64,000 nt of DNA from a virus. Taxonomy: Duplodnaviria; Caudoviricetes. Below, in pieces: positions 54,688-63,571 of this stretch (position 1 is its first letter; the number at the start of each line of letters is the position of its first letter). A model generated the notes under the pieces. It was not told the DNA's origin, searched no databases, and saw only the letters and a list, made by a program, of their open reading frames with translations. A program made the translations under genes and the position numbers. The stretch lies in IMG/VR virus record IMGVR_UViG_2974594805_000001, positions 12,467 to 76,466 of that record; one strand, 5' to 3'.

Positions 54688-54904
54688 TGATTAACTCCTG
54701 TCGCTCAGCCTGTAAGCGTCTGATTTCTGCTGCTCTTTCGCTCAAATCTTCAGCTAAGTCAAAGATCTCTTCCTGAAGTTCAGCTTTTTCCTCAGCATAA
54801 CGCTCAGCTTGCCAGACTGTACCTTTGTGAACACCATAAGCGAAAGCCCCGCCAATAATGGCGAGGGTTCCGACAAGAATGATGATTTCGCGTTGTCCGA
54901 TCAT
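54569..54904 (-). CDS. i-spanin (Rz-like)
   Basis: N-terminal TM helix followed by a coiled coil; lies between endolysin and the lipoprotein. Confidence 0.8.
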   Translation of the reverse strand: MIGQREIIILVGTLAIIGGAFAYGVHKGTVWQAERYAEEKAELQEEIFDLAEDLSERAAEIRRLQAERQELINELENEALNAEGADAPGVATTGGLRRLERRWGPSPTATD

Positions 54905-55557
54905 ACGAACTTCTCCAGCATACGAGCACGAAGTTTGTCACCAATCTCCACAGGATCTTGGAAACCATTGATTTCACCGGGAAGGACTGTGTAATCCCAC
55001 TTCCACTTTTGCTTGACGCCCAGAGTCGGCTGAACTTCTGCATGGCTCAGAGTCGTCCACTTGCTGATCGGAACTTCATATTCCTCACAGATATCAGCAG
55101 TTTGCTCCAGCATGGCATCAATACCATCCCAAGTGATAGGGTGAGATCCCCACTGCATAGGATTGGCTTGTTTGGATCCAGCCATGGCATCAACAGAACA
55201 ACCAACCCACCCAGTGTTCATTTTGCGGGTGTGAGAGGCTCCGATCCCCTTTCGCCAGTCATAGCGAACTTGCTCTGCAATGGTGTGGTTTCCATCATAC
55301 GTGCGTCCGATGGTATCGTGCAGGAAGTTGTAGGCGTTGAGTTCGAGTTCGATGAGTCCATTGGCTCCTGCGGTCCAGTGCCAGACCACACCCCGTACTC
55401 CCCGATCAAACAAGTCCTGTTTACGACGGACTCCACGTTCTCGCATGGCATCTGCGATTCCTTTCCGTGTTTTGGGACCATTGATCCCATCAACGACAAG
55501 AACGGCATCATTGAAGATACCGTTCACACGACCTTGGTAGTCACGAACAGTGAACAT
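54901..55557 (-). CDS. Endolysin, N-acetylmuramoyl-L-alanine amidase with N-terminal PG-binding-like segment
   Basis: VVWHWTAG, ASHT and LSHAEV Zn-amidase pattern; VDGINGPKTRKGI PG-binding-like motif. Confidence 0.85.
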   Translation of the reverse strand: MFTVRDYQGRVNGIFNDAVLVVDGINGPKTRKGIADAMRERGVRRKQDLFDRGVRGVVWHWTAGANGLIELELNAYNFLHDTIGRTYDGNHTIAEQVRYDWRKGIGASHTRKMNTGWVGCSVDAMAGSKQANPMQWGSHPITWDGIDAMLEQTADICEEYEVPISKWTTLSHAEVQPTLGVKQKWKWDYTVLPGEINGFQDPVEIGDKLRARMLEKFV

Positions 55558-56123
55558 TAGCGAGGCTCCTCAGCGAGTAAAAGTTCCTCCAAGACCAGAA
55601 ACGGATCATTGGGGTCGTATGGGCGAGAGCAAAACTTAGGAGTTTGATCTGAAACTCCAGAGTCACTCGCCTCTACGTCGTAACGGACGCAAACCATGAA
55701 AACATCATTCGGTACGTCTGGTGTACTGACATCCTGTTCATTGTCGAAGAAAGCAGCCCACGTCCACAAACGAGGCTCATCCATTCGGTTATGGTAAGAT
55801 CCCGGTCCCCGACGTGATGTGATACGTGTAGCTTCACCATCATGCACTTCGTAGATCGAAGCAATCCATGTACCAGACACAAGCTGAGTTGCATCAGCAT
55901 CGTAATTGATCATTGGAATGTCAGAACCTTCGACATGCACGATTTCGACCGTAGCCGTAATAAACGGACGATCAGCCCAGAAATAGTCATACACCCTGAA
56001 AACAAAGGGTTGCATGAGTATCATGAAAATACAGAACAGCGTCCCTGCAATCATGACTCGTAGATCGTCACGATTTCGGTTTCCACTCTTTTCCGCTCTG
56101 ATGTTAGGGACTACTGAAGTCAT
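55557..56123 (-). CDS. Membrane-anchored protein in the lysis cassette (unknown function)
   Basis: Single N-terminal TM helix (VMIAGTLFCIFMILMQPF) followed by a soluble domain with a Cys pair. Confidence 0.65.
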   Translation of the reverse strand: MTSVVPNIRAEKSGNRNRDDLRVMIAGTLFCIFMILMQPFVFRVYDYFWADRPFITATVEIVHVEGSDIPMINYDADATQLVSGTWIASIYEVHDGEATRITSRRGPGSYHNRMDEPRLWTWAAFFDNEQDVSTPDVPNDVFMVCVRYDVEASDSGVSDQTPKFCSRPYDPNDPFLVLEELLLAEEPR

Positions 56124-56515
56124 TGGTTCTCCTCCGGATCTTTTTCGTCGATTAGACCTTCCGGACCATATTCACGAGGTTGCGGGGCGACAGGCTCATT
56201 GGCCTCTCCTGAAATGAAACGTTCAACCAGTGTGACTGCGACGAGACCAATGAGAAATGACGCTGCGGTAAGTGTACCCATAGCACCAGCCATCTCATCT
56301 GGCAAATCTCCAATCCATGGACGCATGACGACAGGACCGAGAACTCCGACTCCAAATGCAACAGCACCACCAACGAAAATGACTCGAAGTCCTTCTCGCC
56401 AAGTGGTTTTGAGAACGGCAGCACGCACAGATCCACCCAACGCTCCGAAGAACGTCAGCAAGGCTGCTCTTTGGTTGAAGACCTCGGAGAAAAGGTTTGG
56501 ATCTTGGCTGCTCAT
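56120..56515 (-). CDS. Putative holin
   Basis: Three hydrophobic segments, charged C-terminus, upstream of the endolysin. Confidence 0.7.
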   Translation of the reverse strand: MSSQDPNLFSEVFNQRAALLTFFGALGGSVRAAVLKTTWREGLRVIFVGGAVAFGVGVLGPVVMRPWIGDLPDEMAGAMGTLTAASFLIGLVAVTLVERFISGEANEPVAPQPREYGPEGLIDEKDPEENQ

Positions 56516-57189
56516 TAGACGAAACCCCTGTCTTGGAATCGGGTATCGTCGTCAGTGACTTCAGATGTCCCGGATGTGTTGTTCATTTCATCATCCGACA
56601 TCATTTTCAAGTACAACCCATAGTAGCTGTCACCATCGGCTTTGTTTTGATCACCACCCATGTGGCTCAAATACAAACCAGAGACATACAAAACCAAGGC
56701 TTCGTACATGTGTGCCGGAATGTCGATAGACCCACCCAGTTCGACAATCGGATGTTTCTTCTGGAACACCACATCAACGTAAGGTTGATAGGTATCCATA
56801 AACCATTGAGAAAAACGTAGGCTGTACTCCGAAGGTGAAGTCACATGCAGACCACCTTTCGGAGTGAAGACTCGTTTGTTCCTCTCGATCAACTCATATC
56901 CGTTCATAACGGCTTCAACCTGAAGAACACGAACCATGTCTTCATAGTCGGCAGCCGGAGCAGTATCGAGAGTGTAGATGTTGGTTCCGGGAGTCAGAGT
57001 CAGAACAGCACGAGATTCCAACAGCTTCTTCTTGGTGAAGATGTCTGTCAGGCCCTGATTCGTCAGTTCGAGGATTTGGTCCTCGTGTCCGGGATTGATT
57101 TCACCAGTGTCAGAGTCATCAACCAGTGCAGTATTTTTCAACTGACCGTGAGCGAGCTTTGTGGTGAATTCTGTGAATGTCACGATCAT
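56515..57189 (-). CDS. N4 gp67-like virion protein (head-tail adaptor-like)
   Basis: Synteny after the terminase; IP..MYEALVLYV motif typical of adaptors. Confidence 0.7.
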   Translation of the reverse strand: MIVTFTEFTTKLAHGQLKNTALVDDSDTGEINPGHEDQILELTNQGLTDIFTKKKLLESRAVLTLTPGTNIYTLDTAPAADYEDMVRVLQVEAVMNGYELIERNKRVFTPKGGLHVTSPSEYSLRFSQWFMDTYQPYVDVVFQKKHPIVELGGSIDIPAHMYEALVLYVSGLYLSHMGGDQNKADGDSYYGLYLKMMSDDEMNNTSGTSEVTDDDTRFQDRGFV

Positions 57190-57199
57190 GTTGCGTTCC

Positions 57200-58810
57200 T
57201 CATGCGATGTACGAGTCTATCTCGTGCTCATATTCCTGTTCTTGTACGGCGTCACCCCAGATTGCTGTCTCGGGATCTTCCACGACTGGTTGAACCGGTT
57301 CCTCTGGATTCGGCTTCCAAGCATTCAGGAGAGGGAGTTGTGAGATGGTGTCGAGACAGTCATCTTTGCCCTTGATCCCGTCCTTGGTGGCCAGAGAAAT
57401 CTGTTCCATGAACAAGCCCAGTACCTGAGTTTCTTTCATCTCAAGGGGAAAGCTGATCTTTCCGGCCTTAAATAACGGAACAACAAGCTGAAATCTAGAG
57501 AGCTTGTCCGTCACAGGGCGAATACCCGGCTTCCCTTTTTCGTGTGTCAAGTTGAAGTACACACCTCGGTAGTCCATTTCGTTCATGATCCATTGGATAA
57601 AACCACCCTGCTGACCAGAGATCTCGATGGCAGTTCCCATTGGCTCGTATTCCTGAACCAAACGAAAAAGATCATTCATTGTCTTTTCCATGGTCTGTCG
57701 TTCACACACCCCATCGACCCACGTCCAGTTCCCATCTTTGTCGTAGGCCCACACGGAGATGACCGAATAGTCCGCAGTTTGCTTCGAAGACGTAGCAAAG
57801 TCCGTAGTGATGTAGAAATTAAAGTTGCGTTTGTTGGCGAGGATCTCAGTGCGTAGCCTCCACTGAATGTCAGCTTCCTGTACCAGACGCGACTCATCCG
57901 ATGTGATTCGAAGCATGAGTTCCTGTCGAAACGACTTCTCTTTCCCTTCCTTAACCGCACTCTCCCACATCTCGGACACGTAATCGTAGGTGAAACGATC
58001 TTCCCATGCACCGCTGAAGTCTTCGCGTTTACAGGGAAATTCTTTGCAGATCGGCCACACGTTGACTTCCCACGCGCCAGATTCGATGGCCCGGTAAACG
58101 ATGTCTTCTTTGTTGAACGGTGTCCCATTGAGAATCATCTTGTGTCTGGTTGGATCGAGTGCGTATTGCACACCACTGTAGACCGTATCGTTGATTGCTT
58201 CCATCGCTGTAGGCGATTTGGAGTCAGCATCAGAGATCAAGTCATCCATCACAGCAAGCACAGGACGACGGTTGAAGATCTTCGTACCACGAATACCAGA
58301 CTTGGCACCGAACATCTTCACACCGAACTTACCACCGTTTTTGTTGTGGAATTCCAAATAGTTCTCTGTGAATCGAACACCGTCTTCAGGCATCCAATAC
58401 TGGAGAAATTCCGAAGAGTAGTAGCGAGATTTGATCGACTCACGAGCAGACTTCACACCGTTGTCCATCGAGTCCGAAATATACAGCATTCCGGGGACAG
58501 TCCCGAATCCGGGAATCTTGTTGAACATGGCGATGTAGAGAGTCAGGTATTCCATGAACAGCGTAGTTTTTGCTGTACCACGAGCACAGAGGTTTGTGAT
58601 TTTCTTGTGTTTTGTCGGGAGCTTATCCAGCATAGCCAAGTGCATGACCGGGGTTTTGTTGTCTTCGCCCCGGCCATCATTGCACAGCTTGATGAAGTTC
58701 ATGAATTCGAGAGCAAACTTCGAAGGCTTGTATCCTCCGGAGTTAAGCCAATCGAAATCAACTTCATTTAGGTAGTCATCGACTGATTTGCGTCCGAGAA
58801 AATCACTCAT
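57200..58810 (-). CDS. terL: Terminase large subunit (N4 gp68-like)
   Basis: ARGTAKTT Walker A, AVMDDL Walker B, TTDFA nuclease motif, KDDCLDT; start moved to ATG 58810. Confidence 0.95.
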   Translation of the reverse strand: MSDFLGRKSVDDYLNEVDFDWLNSGGYKPSKFALEFMNFIKLCNDGRGEDNKTPVMHLAMLDKLPTKHKKITNLCARGTAKTTLFMEYLTLYIAMFNKIPGFGTVPGMLYISDSMDNGVKSARESIKSRYYSSEFLQYWMPEDGVRFTENYLEFHNKNGGKFGVKMFGAKSGIRGTKIFNRRPVLAVMDDLISDADSKSPTAMEAINDTVYSGVQYALDPTRHKMILNGTPFNKEDIVYRAIESGAWEVNVWPICKEFPCKREDFSGAWEDRFTYDYVSEMWESAVKEGKEKSFRQELMLRITSDESRLVQEADIQWRLRTEILANKRNFNFYITTDFATSSKQTADYSVISVWAYDKDGNWTWVDGVCERQTMEKTMNDLFRLVQEYEPMGTAIEISGQQGGFIQWIMNEMDYRGVYFNLTHEKGKPGIRPVTDKLSRFQLVVPLFKAGKISFPLEMKETQVLGLFMEQISLATKDGIKGKDDCLDTISQLPLLNAWKPNPEEPVQPVVEDPETAIWGDAVQEQEYEHEIDSYIA

Positions 58811-59495
58811 TATCAATGACCTCTGCATCAGGGATATTCAGCGGCAATGCAGCCACTTCCTGTACAGACATGGCATCTCCTTCGATGACTTTCATCTGTG
58901 TCTCAGCCATTTCAGCCAAACGAGCTTCGAGAGCTTTCATCCCGTCGTTCATGCCGATCTCGACTTTCAACTCAGCTTTGTTGGTCTCTGGTTTCTTCAG
59001 ATGAGTCAGAATCGAGTTGGCTGCTTCAACGCGAACTTTGTCGCTCACAGATACGTCATTCATGATTTCATACTGAGTGTTCAGAGCAGATTGGAACATA
59101 TCCTGATTCAGCACCCACGTCGGGATCATGGCTCGTTCGTAAACCAGATTCACCAGTTTGCCTTTGTTGTAGGCAGCAACGTAGGATGCGATGTCCTTGG
59201 GCTGTCGTCCGTCAGCAACCATCTGAGAATACCGATCCGGGAATGTCGCTTTGTACGATTCCAGATTTGATTTCCCCATGACCTTGTGGCTGACGTACAT
59301 GACTGCACGCACGTAATCACCCAGCTTGAAACGACCCTCAGCCAGTACCTGACTGAACGAAATGAAGTTTTCCCGGATGTACCGGGCTTCTTCAGGATCT
59401 TTGCTCAACGCATTGAGTTGGTTGACCATATCTTGGGTGATGACACCTTTCTGTCCCGCAGGCAGGGAGTCTTGAACCTCTTGAAGTGTAAGCAT
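58803..59495 (-). CDS. N4 gp69-like protein (probable terminase small subunit)
   Basis: Synteny; AAGGAG RBS before ATG 59495; KVRVEAANSILTHLK. Confidence 0.75.
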   Translation of the reverse strand: MLTLQEVQDSLPAGQKGVITQDMVNQLNALSKDPEEARYIRENFISFSQVLAEGRFKLGDYVRAVMYVSHKVMGKSNLESYKATFPDRYSQMVADGRQPKDIASYVAAYNKGKLVNLVYERAMIPTWVLNQDMFQSALNTQYEIMNDVSVSDKVRVEAANSILTHLKKPETNKAELKVEIGMNDGMKALEARLAEMAETQMKVIEGDAMSVQEVAALPLNIPDAEVIDNE

Positions 59496-59568
59496 TGCTC
59501 GTTGCTCCTTATCTGTGGTAATGCAGTCACACAATGGCCCTATAACCTAAACCAAGACTGGAAAGCAA

Positions 59569-59895
59569 ATGCCTCAAGCCTGCTCTACAAATTATGTGTG
59601 CAATCCGATCTGGTACACCGAACAGAACAACTCGACGGTTTATCCCGATAACGAGGACGTTATTGCTTATGCTGCTGGTCCTCATGCTGTCGATCTGAAC
59701 GTAACCTGCGATGTTCGCTCGGGAAATGTTCAGTTTCAGGTAAAAGATCGTGATGGCAACTGGTTCACTCCTGCTGAAGCAAGTTACACCGTCACCGACT
59801 CGAACTGTGTCCGGCTGCCGCGTGCAAATATGCCTGACGTTCGAATCATCGCAACTGCTGATGCAGCATTCTATGTCGAGGGGAGTCTTCGTTAA
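59569..59895 (+). CDS. Hypothetical small beta-sandwich protein
   Basis: First gene of a divergent + strand module; TAATG coupling with the next gene. Confidence 0.65.
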   Translation: MPQACSTNYVCNPIWYTEQNNSTVYPDNEDVIAYAAGPHAVDLNVTCDVRSGNVQFQVKDRDGNWFTPAEASYTVTDSNCVRLPRANMPDVRIIATADAAFYVEGSLR

Positions 59896-62234
59896 TGCCT
59901 TGGCCAAATCCCTATAATGGGGGCCAAGATGACGACCAAACTCGTGCTGTTGATCTGGTTCATATCGAACCGTCGATTCGGGAAGGTCTTCACTTTGTTC
60001 CCAGCCTTTACGGACCTGATGCGTCGCGTCCGCTCCGTCGGTATCCTCCGATCAACCTCACTCCTCCGTTTCTGACAGGATCCGGGGTAATCCCCAATCG
60101 TATCATCTGTCAGGTTGGTGTTTGGGATTCATCTCCGACTCCGGACTTCCAGTTTCAGTTTATGCTGGATGGGGTTGATATTCCTTCTCCAGATCTCAGC
60201 GTCAATTTCATCGACACAGATGCTTCCTTTGATGGTGGCCGTCTGACCTGTGAAGTCGTTGCAAACAATGGAATCGGTCAAGACAATGCTCTGACTTCGA
60301 ATTTCATCGACTGCTCTCTCATCGAACCAGTTGAAATCGACGAGATGGAGTTTTTCGCTCTCACAGGTATGCGAGCCAACAAACACCTCACTGCTTTCGA
60401 TGATCGCACGATGATGCTGACTGGCATGGGTACTGACAACCGTCAGGACGTTATGCGTGCTGTTGCAATGTATCTCACCGGTATGGGTGCTGAAAATCGT
60501 CAAGATATCAACGCCATGCCTCTGCATGTGATCACCGGTCTTGGAAACCAAGATGAAACCATCGTCCACAACCATGATGGTATTGCTGTCATTTCGAAAG
60601 AAGAGGGTCGTCCTCTCGTCGATGGTGTTCAGCAACTTTTGCCTATCAAAAACGCCAATGCTGAAATGGGTGTTGAAGGTTGGGATAATCTTGGTGGTGT
60701 TTTCTTCGGAGATGAATTTGTCGATGGTTTGAATCCCATTGAAGGCGACTTTGGCTTCAAAGGTGGTGAAAACGTCGATCCAGCAAATGCCAACACTCCA
60801 TTTACGTTTATCTGGCAGGATGTTCCTCTCTGGGATACTTGGCACGCAGATATCGACGCTGGAACGTGTCATCTCGACATGTACTACCTTGTCGGGCTTC
60901 GTTCTGGCCAAGGTAACGACCGAATGAATGTTCGAGTCGAATTCTATGCTCAAGATGGAACCACACAGACTGGATTGGACGGTGGTAACGGAATGTATCG
61001 TCCTCCGACCAATTTCTGGTTCCCAATGGAGTTCACAACTCCGATTCCACCTCTCACCCGGTTTGTTCGAGTCTATGTCGAGTTCCTTTGGGACGATACG
61101 GCTGACAATGACCTTGATACGATGGTGGATGAGATTCGTCCGTACATCCGTAAAGGTGATTTGCTCACAGATCGTTCTGGTGGTCCGGATTTCCAGATGT
61201 GGCGTGTGAAACTGACCCAAGCAACAACTTGGTCCGGTGGTGCGATGTCTGAAGTCGAATTCCGTGGCACTCCACTGGGTACAGACCTCGCCACAGGTGG
61301 ATCTGTGCTCTTTGGTTCTGCTGGTTTGGGTACTGTCAATGCAGATGCTCTGTTCGATGATGCTTTGAATACCAATTATTGGGCAGGTGCTGAAAATTCC
61401 ATCAGCAACGGTACATCGTGGGTTGGATACGACATGGGTGTCCAAGTTCGTCCTGAAGAACTGGCTCTCACTGCTCGTCTGGGTTCAGATGCTCTGCAAA
61501 TGCCTCGTGCATGGGAAGTTCAAGGATCTGACGACGGAATCAACTGGCGTCGTGTCGAGATCTACGATTCTGAGCGTGTTGGTGCAGAATTCAACTCTGG
61601 TGAGACTCGGGTTTTCCCAATCTCTACTGGTGTGATTCCTCGTGTGCTTGCTTCAGTACCTGCACCTCCAAATGGGCTTGCTGTTCCATCTTTCACAACC
61701 GGAAACTGGAATGCTCGTGTCAAAGCAATGGCTTACATTTCTTTGGCTCACATCGACATCGAGCGAATTTACCTTCTGACTCTCGATCAAGTCTTCAACT
61801 ACGAAGTTCAGCTTGTGAAGCTCTCTCCGGTTTACAGTGCTGCATGGAGTTTCGGAACTGTGACTGAGGTGCTGTATGAGGATCTCAATGTCGTAAATGC
61901 TCCGGCAAGTGGATCTGCTTCAGCTTCCACATGGCAAGAAATCATTCTGCCTTCTCCTGTTCCTATCAATGCAGGTGAGTATTTCGGAATCAACTTCCGG
62001 GATCCTGATGCAGTAAACAACTCTTTCGATGCAAACGAAGGTCGTTTGGCCAGTATCAGTTCTTGGAATGGTGGTGGTGATTTTGCTGCTCGTCATGGTG
62101 GTGCTATCCGCAAAATTCGCGGTATGCACTCAAACCAAAGTGCTCTTCCCGGTGTTGGTGGTTGGATCGCTTCGAACTTCAACTCTGAGACTGGTGGAGA
62201 CTTCCCAATCGACATTCAAGGCAGTTACTTCTAA
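59895..62234 (+). CDS. Multidomain virion appendage / receptor-binding protein
   Basis: Ig-like N-terminal region (PFLTG.G...C..G.WD..P), 19-aa repeats, CBM-like and discoidin-like (WEVQGSDDGINW) domains. Confidence 0.7.
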   Translation: MPWPNPYNGGQDDDQTRAVDLVHIEPSIREGLHFVPSLYGPDASRPLRRYPPINLTPPFLTGSGVIPNRIICQVGVWDSSPTPDFQFQFMLDGVDIPSPDLSVNFIDTDASFDGGRLTCEVVANNGIGQDNALTSNFIDCSLIEPVEIDEMEFFALTGMRANKHLTAFDDRTMMLTGMGTDNRQDVMRAVAMYLTGMGAENRQDINAMPLHVITGLGNQDETIVHNHDGIAVISKEEGRPLVDGVQQLLPIKNANAEMGVEGWDNLGGVFFGDEFVDGLNPIEGDFGFKGGENVDPANANTPFTFIWQDVPLWDTWHADIDAGTCHLDMYYLVGLRSGQGNDRMNVRVEFYAQDGTTQTGLDGGNGMYRPPTNFWFPMEFTTPIPPLTRFVRVYVEFLWDDTADNDLDTMVDEIRPYIRKGDLLTDRSGGPDFQMWRVKLTQATTWSGGAMSEVEFRGTPLGTDLATGGSVLFGSAGLGTVNADALFDDALNTNYWAGAENSISNGTSWVGYDMGVQVRPEELALTARLGSDALQMPRAWEVQGSDDGINWRRVEIYDSERVGAEFNSGETRVFPISTGVIPRVLASVPAPPNGLAVPSFTTGNWNARVKAMAYISLAHIDIERIYLLTLDQVFNYEVQLVKLSPVYSAAWSFGTVTEVLYEDLNVVNAPASGSASASTWQEIILPSPVPINAGEYFGINFRDPDAVNNSFDANEGRLASISSWNGGGDFAARHGGAIRKIRGMHSNQSALPGVGGWIASNFNSETGGDFPIDIQGSYF

Positions 62235-62259
62235 ATAGGGACAACGAAAGGAAAACGTC

Positions 62260-63240
62260 ATGCCCAATATCCTCTTCGCCTCCAATTCGGTGTCCCACTT
62301 TCCGGGTGCCGTGATCGGTGCTCCAGCTTGGAGCTTCGACAGCAATCGTGTGCCATATTCTCTTGAAGTGGTTCCTGCTCTGAAGGTTTCTTCTCCGGTC
62401 ATTCCTCAACCTGCTGGTGATGAATGGTGGTTCCACTTCCGGGCCGGTTCTGAAGACTTTCATGTGAACAACAACGAACAGATCTGTGAAGTCACCAACG
62501 AAGCAGGTGATGAGATCTTTCGGATGACTTTCCATGACCGGATCTCAACTGAAGGTTTCCACTTTTATCTGAATGCTGACGGCAGTTCTTACTTCAACAC
62601 TCGTCAGAACGTTCCTTGGGGTAACAACCAACTTCGAACCATCGACATCCAGTATCTCTTTACTGGGGTGAATCTCGTAGTCCGGTTCTACGTGAACGAA
62701 CTGCTGCTCCATACGTTTGATGTTCCGGTTGCTTCATTCTTGCGTCCTGCTCGTCTTTTGCTGGGCGGTTTCATCGGAACTAACAGTGAAACCACAGGTA
62801 AAGCGTATTATTCTGAAATCATCGTGGCTGACGGTGATACTCGGAATTCTCGTCTTGACCTGCTGCGTCCGACGGCTGTTGGGGTTTACGGAAACTGGGA
62901 TGGTCCTGTTGTGTCTCTCTCGGACGACGATCCGACGACTGGTATGACCACGACTCTGCCAAATCAGAACCAGTCCACGATTCTGACGCCTTATACCGGT
63001 GCAAACAACATCTCGAACATCGTGCAGGTGACGACAACTGTCCGAGGCATCAACGCTCCGACACAACTCGAACACCTGATCCGGATGTCTGGTGTGGATT
63101 ATCTGACAGGTACTCCGTACACCGTACCGTTCGAAAAAGACTATCAGATCACGGACTGGGCAGAAAATCCTGCCACATCCCTTCCTTGGGCTGCCACAGA
63201 TCTGGTCAATATCGAATTCGGGTTCCGATCTCTCGCCTAA
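62260..63240 (+). CDS. Putative virion protein, paralog of 8200..9168
   Basis: NILFASN, YYSEIIVAD and WAENPATSLPW motifs; AAGGA RBS. Confidence 0.7.
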   Translation: MPNILFASNSVSHFPGAVIGAPAWSFDSNRVPYSLEVVPALKVSSPVIPQPAGDEWWFHFRAGSEDFHVNNNEQICEVTNEAGDEIFRMTFHDRISTEGFHFYLNADGSSYFNTRQNVPWGNNQLRTIDIQYLFTGVNLVVRFYVNELLLHTFDVPVASFLRPARLLLGGFIGTNSETTGKAYYSEIIVADGDTRNSRLDLLRPTAVGVYGNWDGPVVSLSDDDPTTGMTTTLPNQNQSTILTPYTGANNISNIVQVTTTVRGINAPTQLEHLIRMSGVDYLTGTPYTVPFEKDYQITDWAENPATSLPWAATDLVNIEFGFRSLA

Positions 63241-63262
63241 TGCCCCCGTCGGGCGAGATCCT

Positions 63263-63301
63263 GAAGGCGTTGTTCCACAGCGGAGCGACGCCTTCTTTTT
63301 T
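63263..63301 (+). terminator. Strong intrinsic terminator
   Basis: GAAGGCGTTGTTCC-ACAGC-GGAGCGACGCCTTC followed by TTTTTT. Confidence 0.85.
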
Positions 63302-63571
63302 GGTTTTTAGGGTTGCTTTAGTCGTAACGACGTGCTGACCTCAAGCAGTGAAAAGGACCAATAAGGATCACTGCAATCCACCACCGTCTTCGTACCATTT
63401 CCGCACAGATGCTTCTTGGTTTCTGAGAGGGAAAGATTCGTCTGTGAAGACGAAGGCTACGACCACCATCAAAAGCGTCAAAGTTGACGCCAAACAACTC
63501 AAGGATGTCAAGCATAGGTCCATATCCCTCTCCTTTTATGGCTCTCGCATCCACAATACGAGGAACTCATC

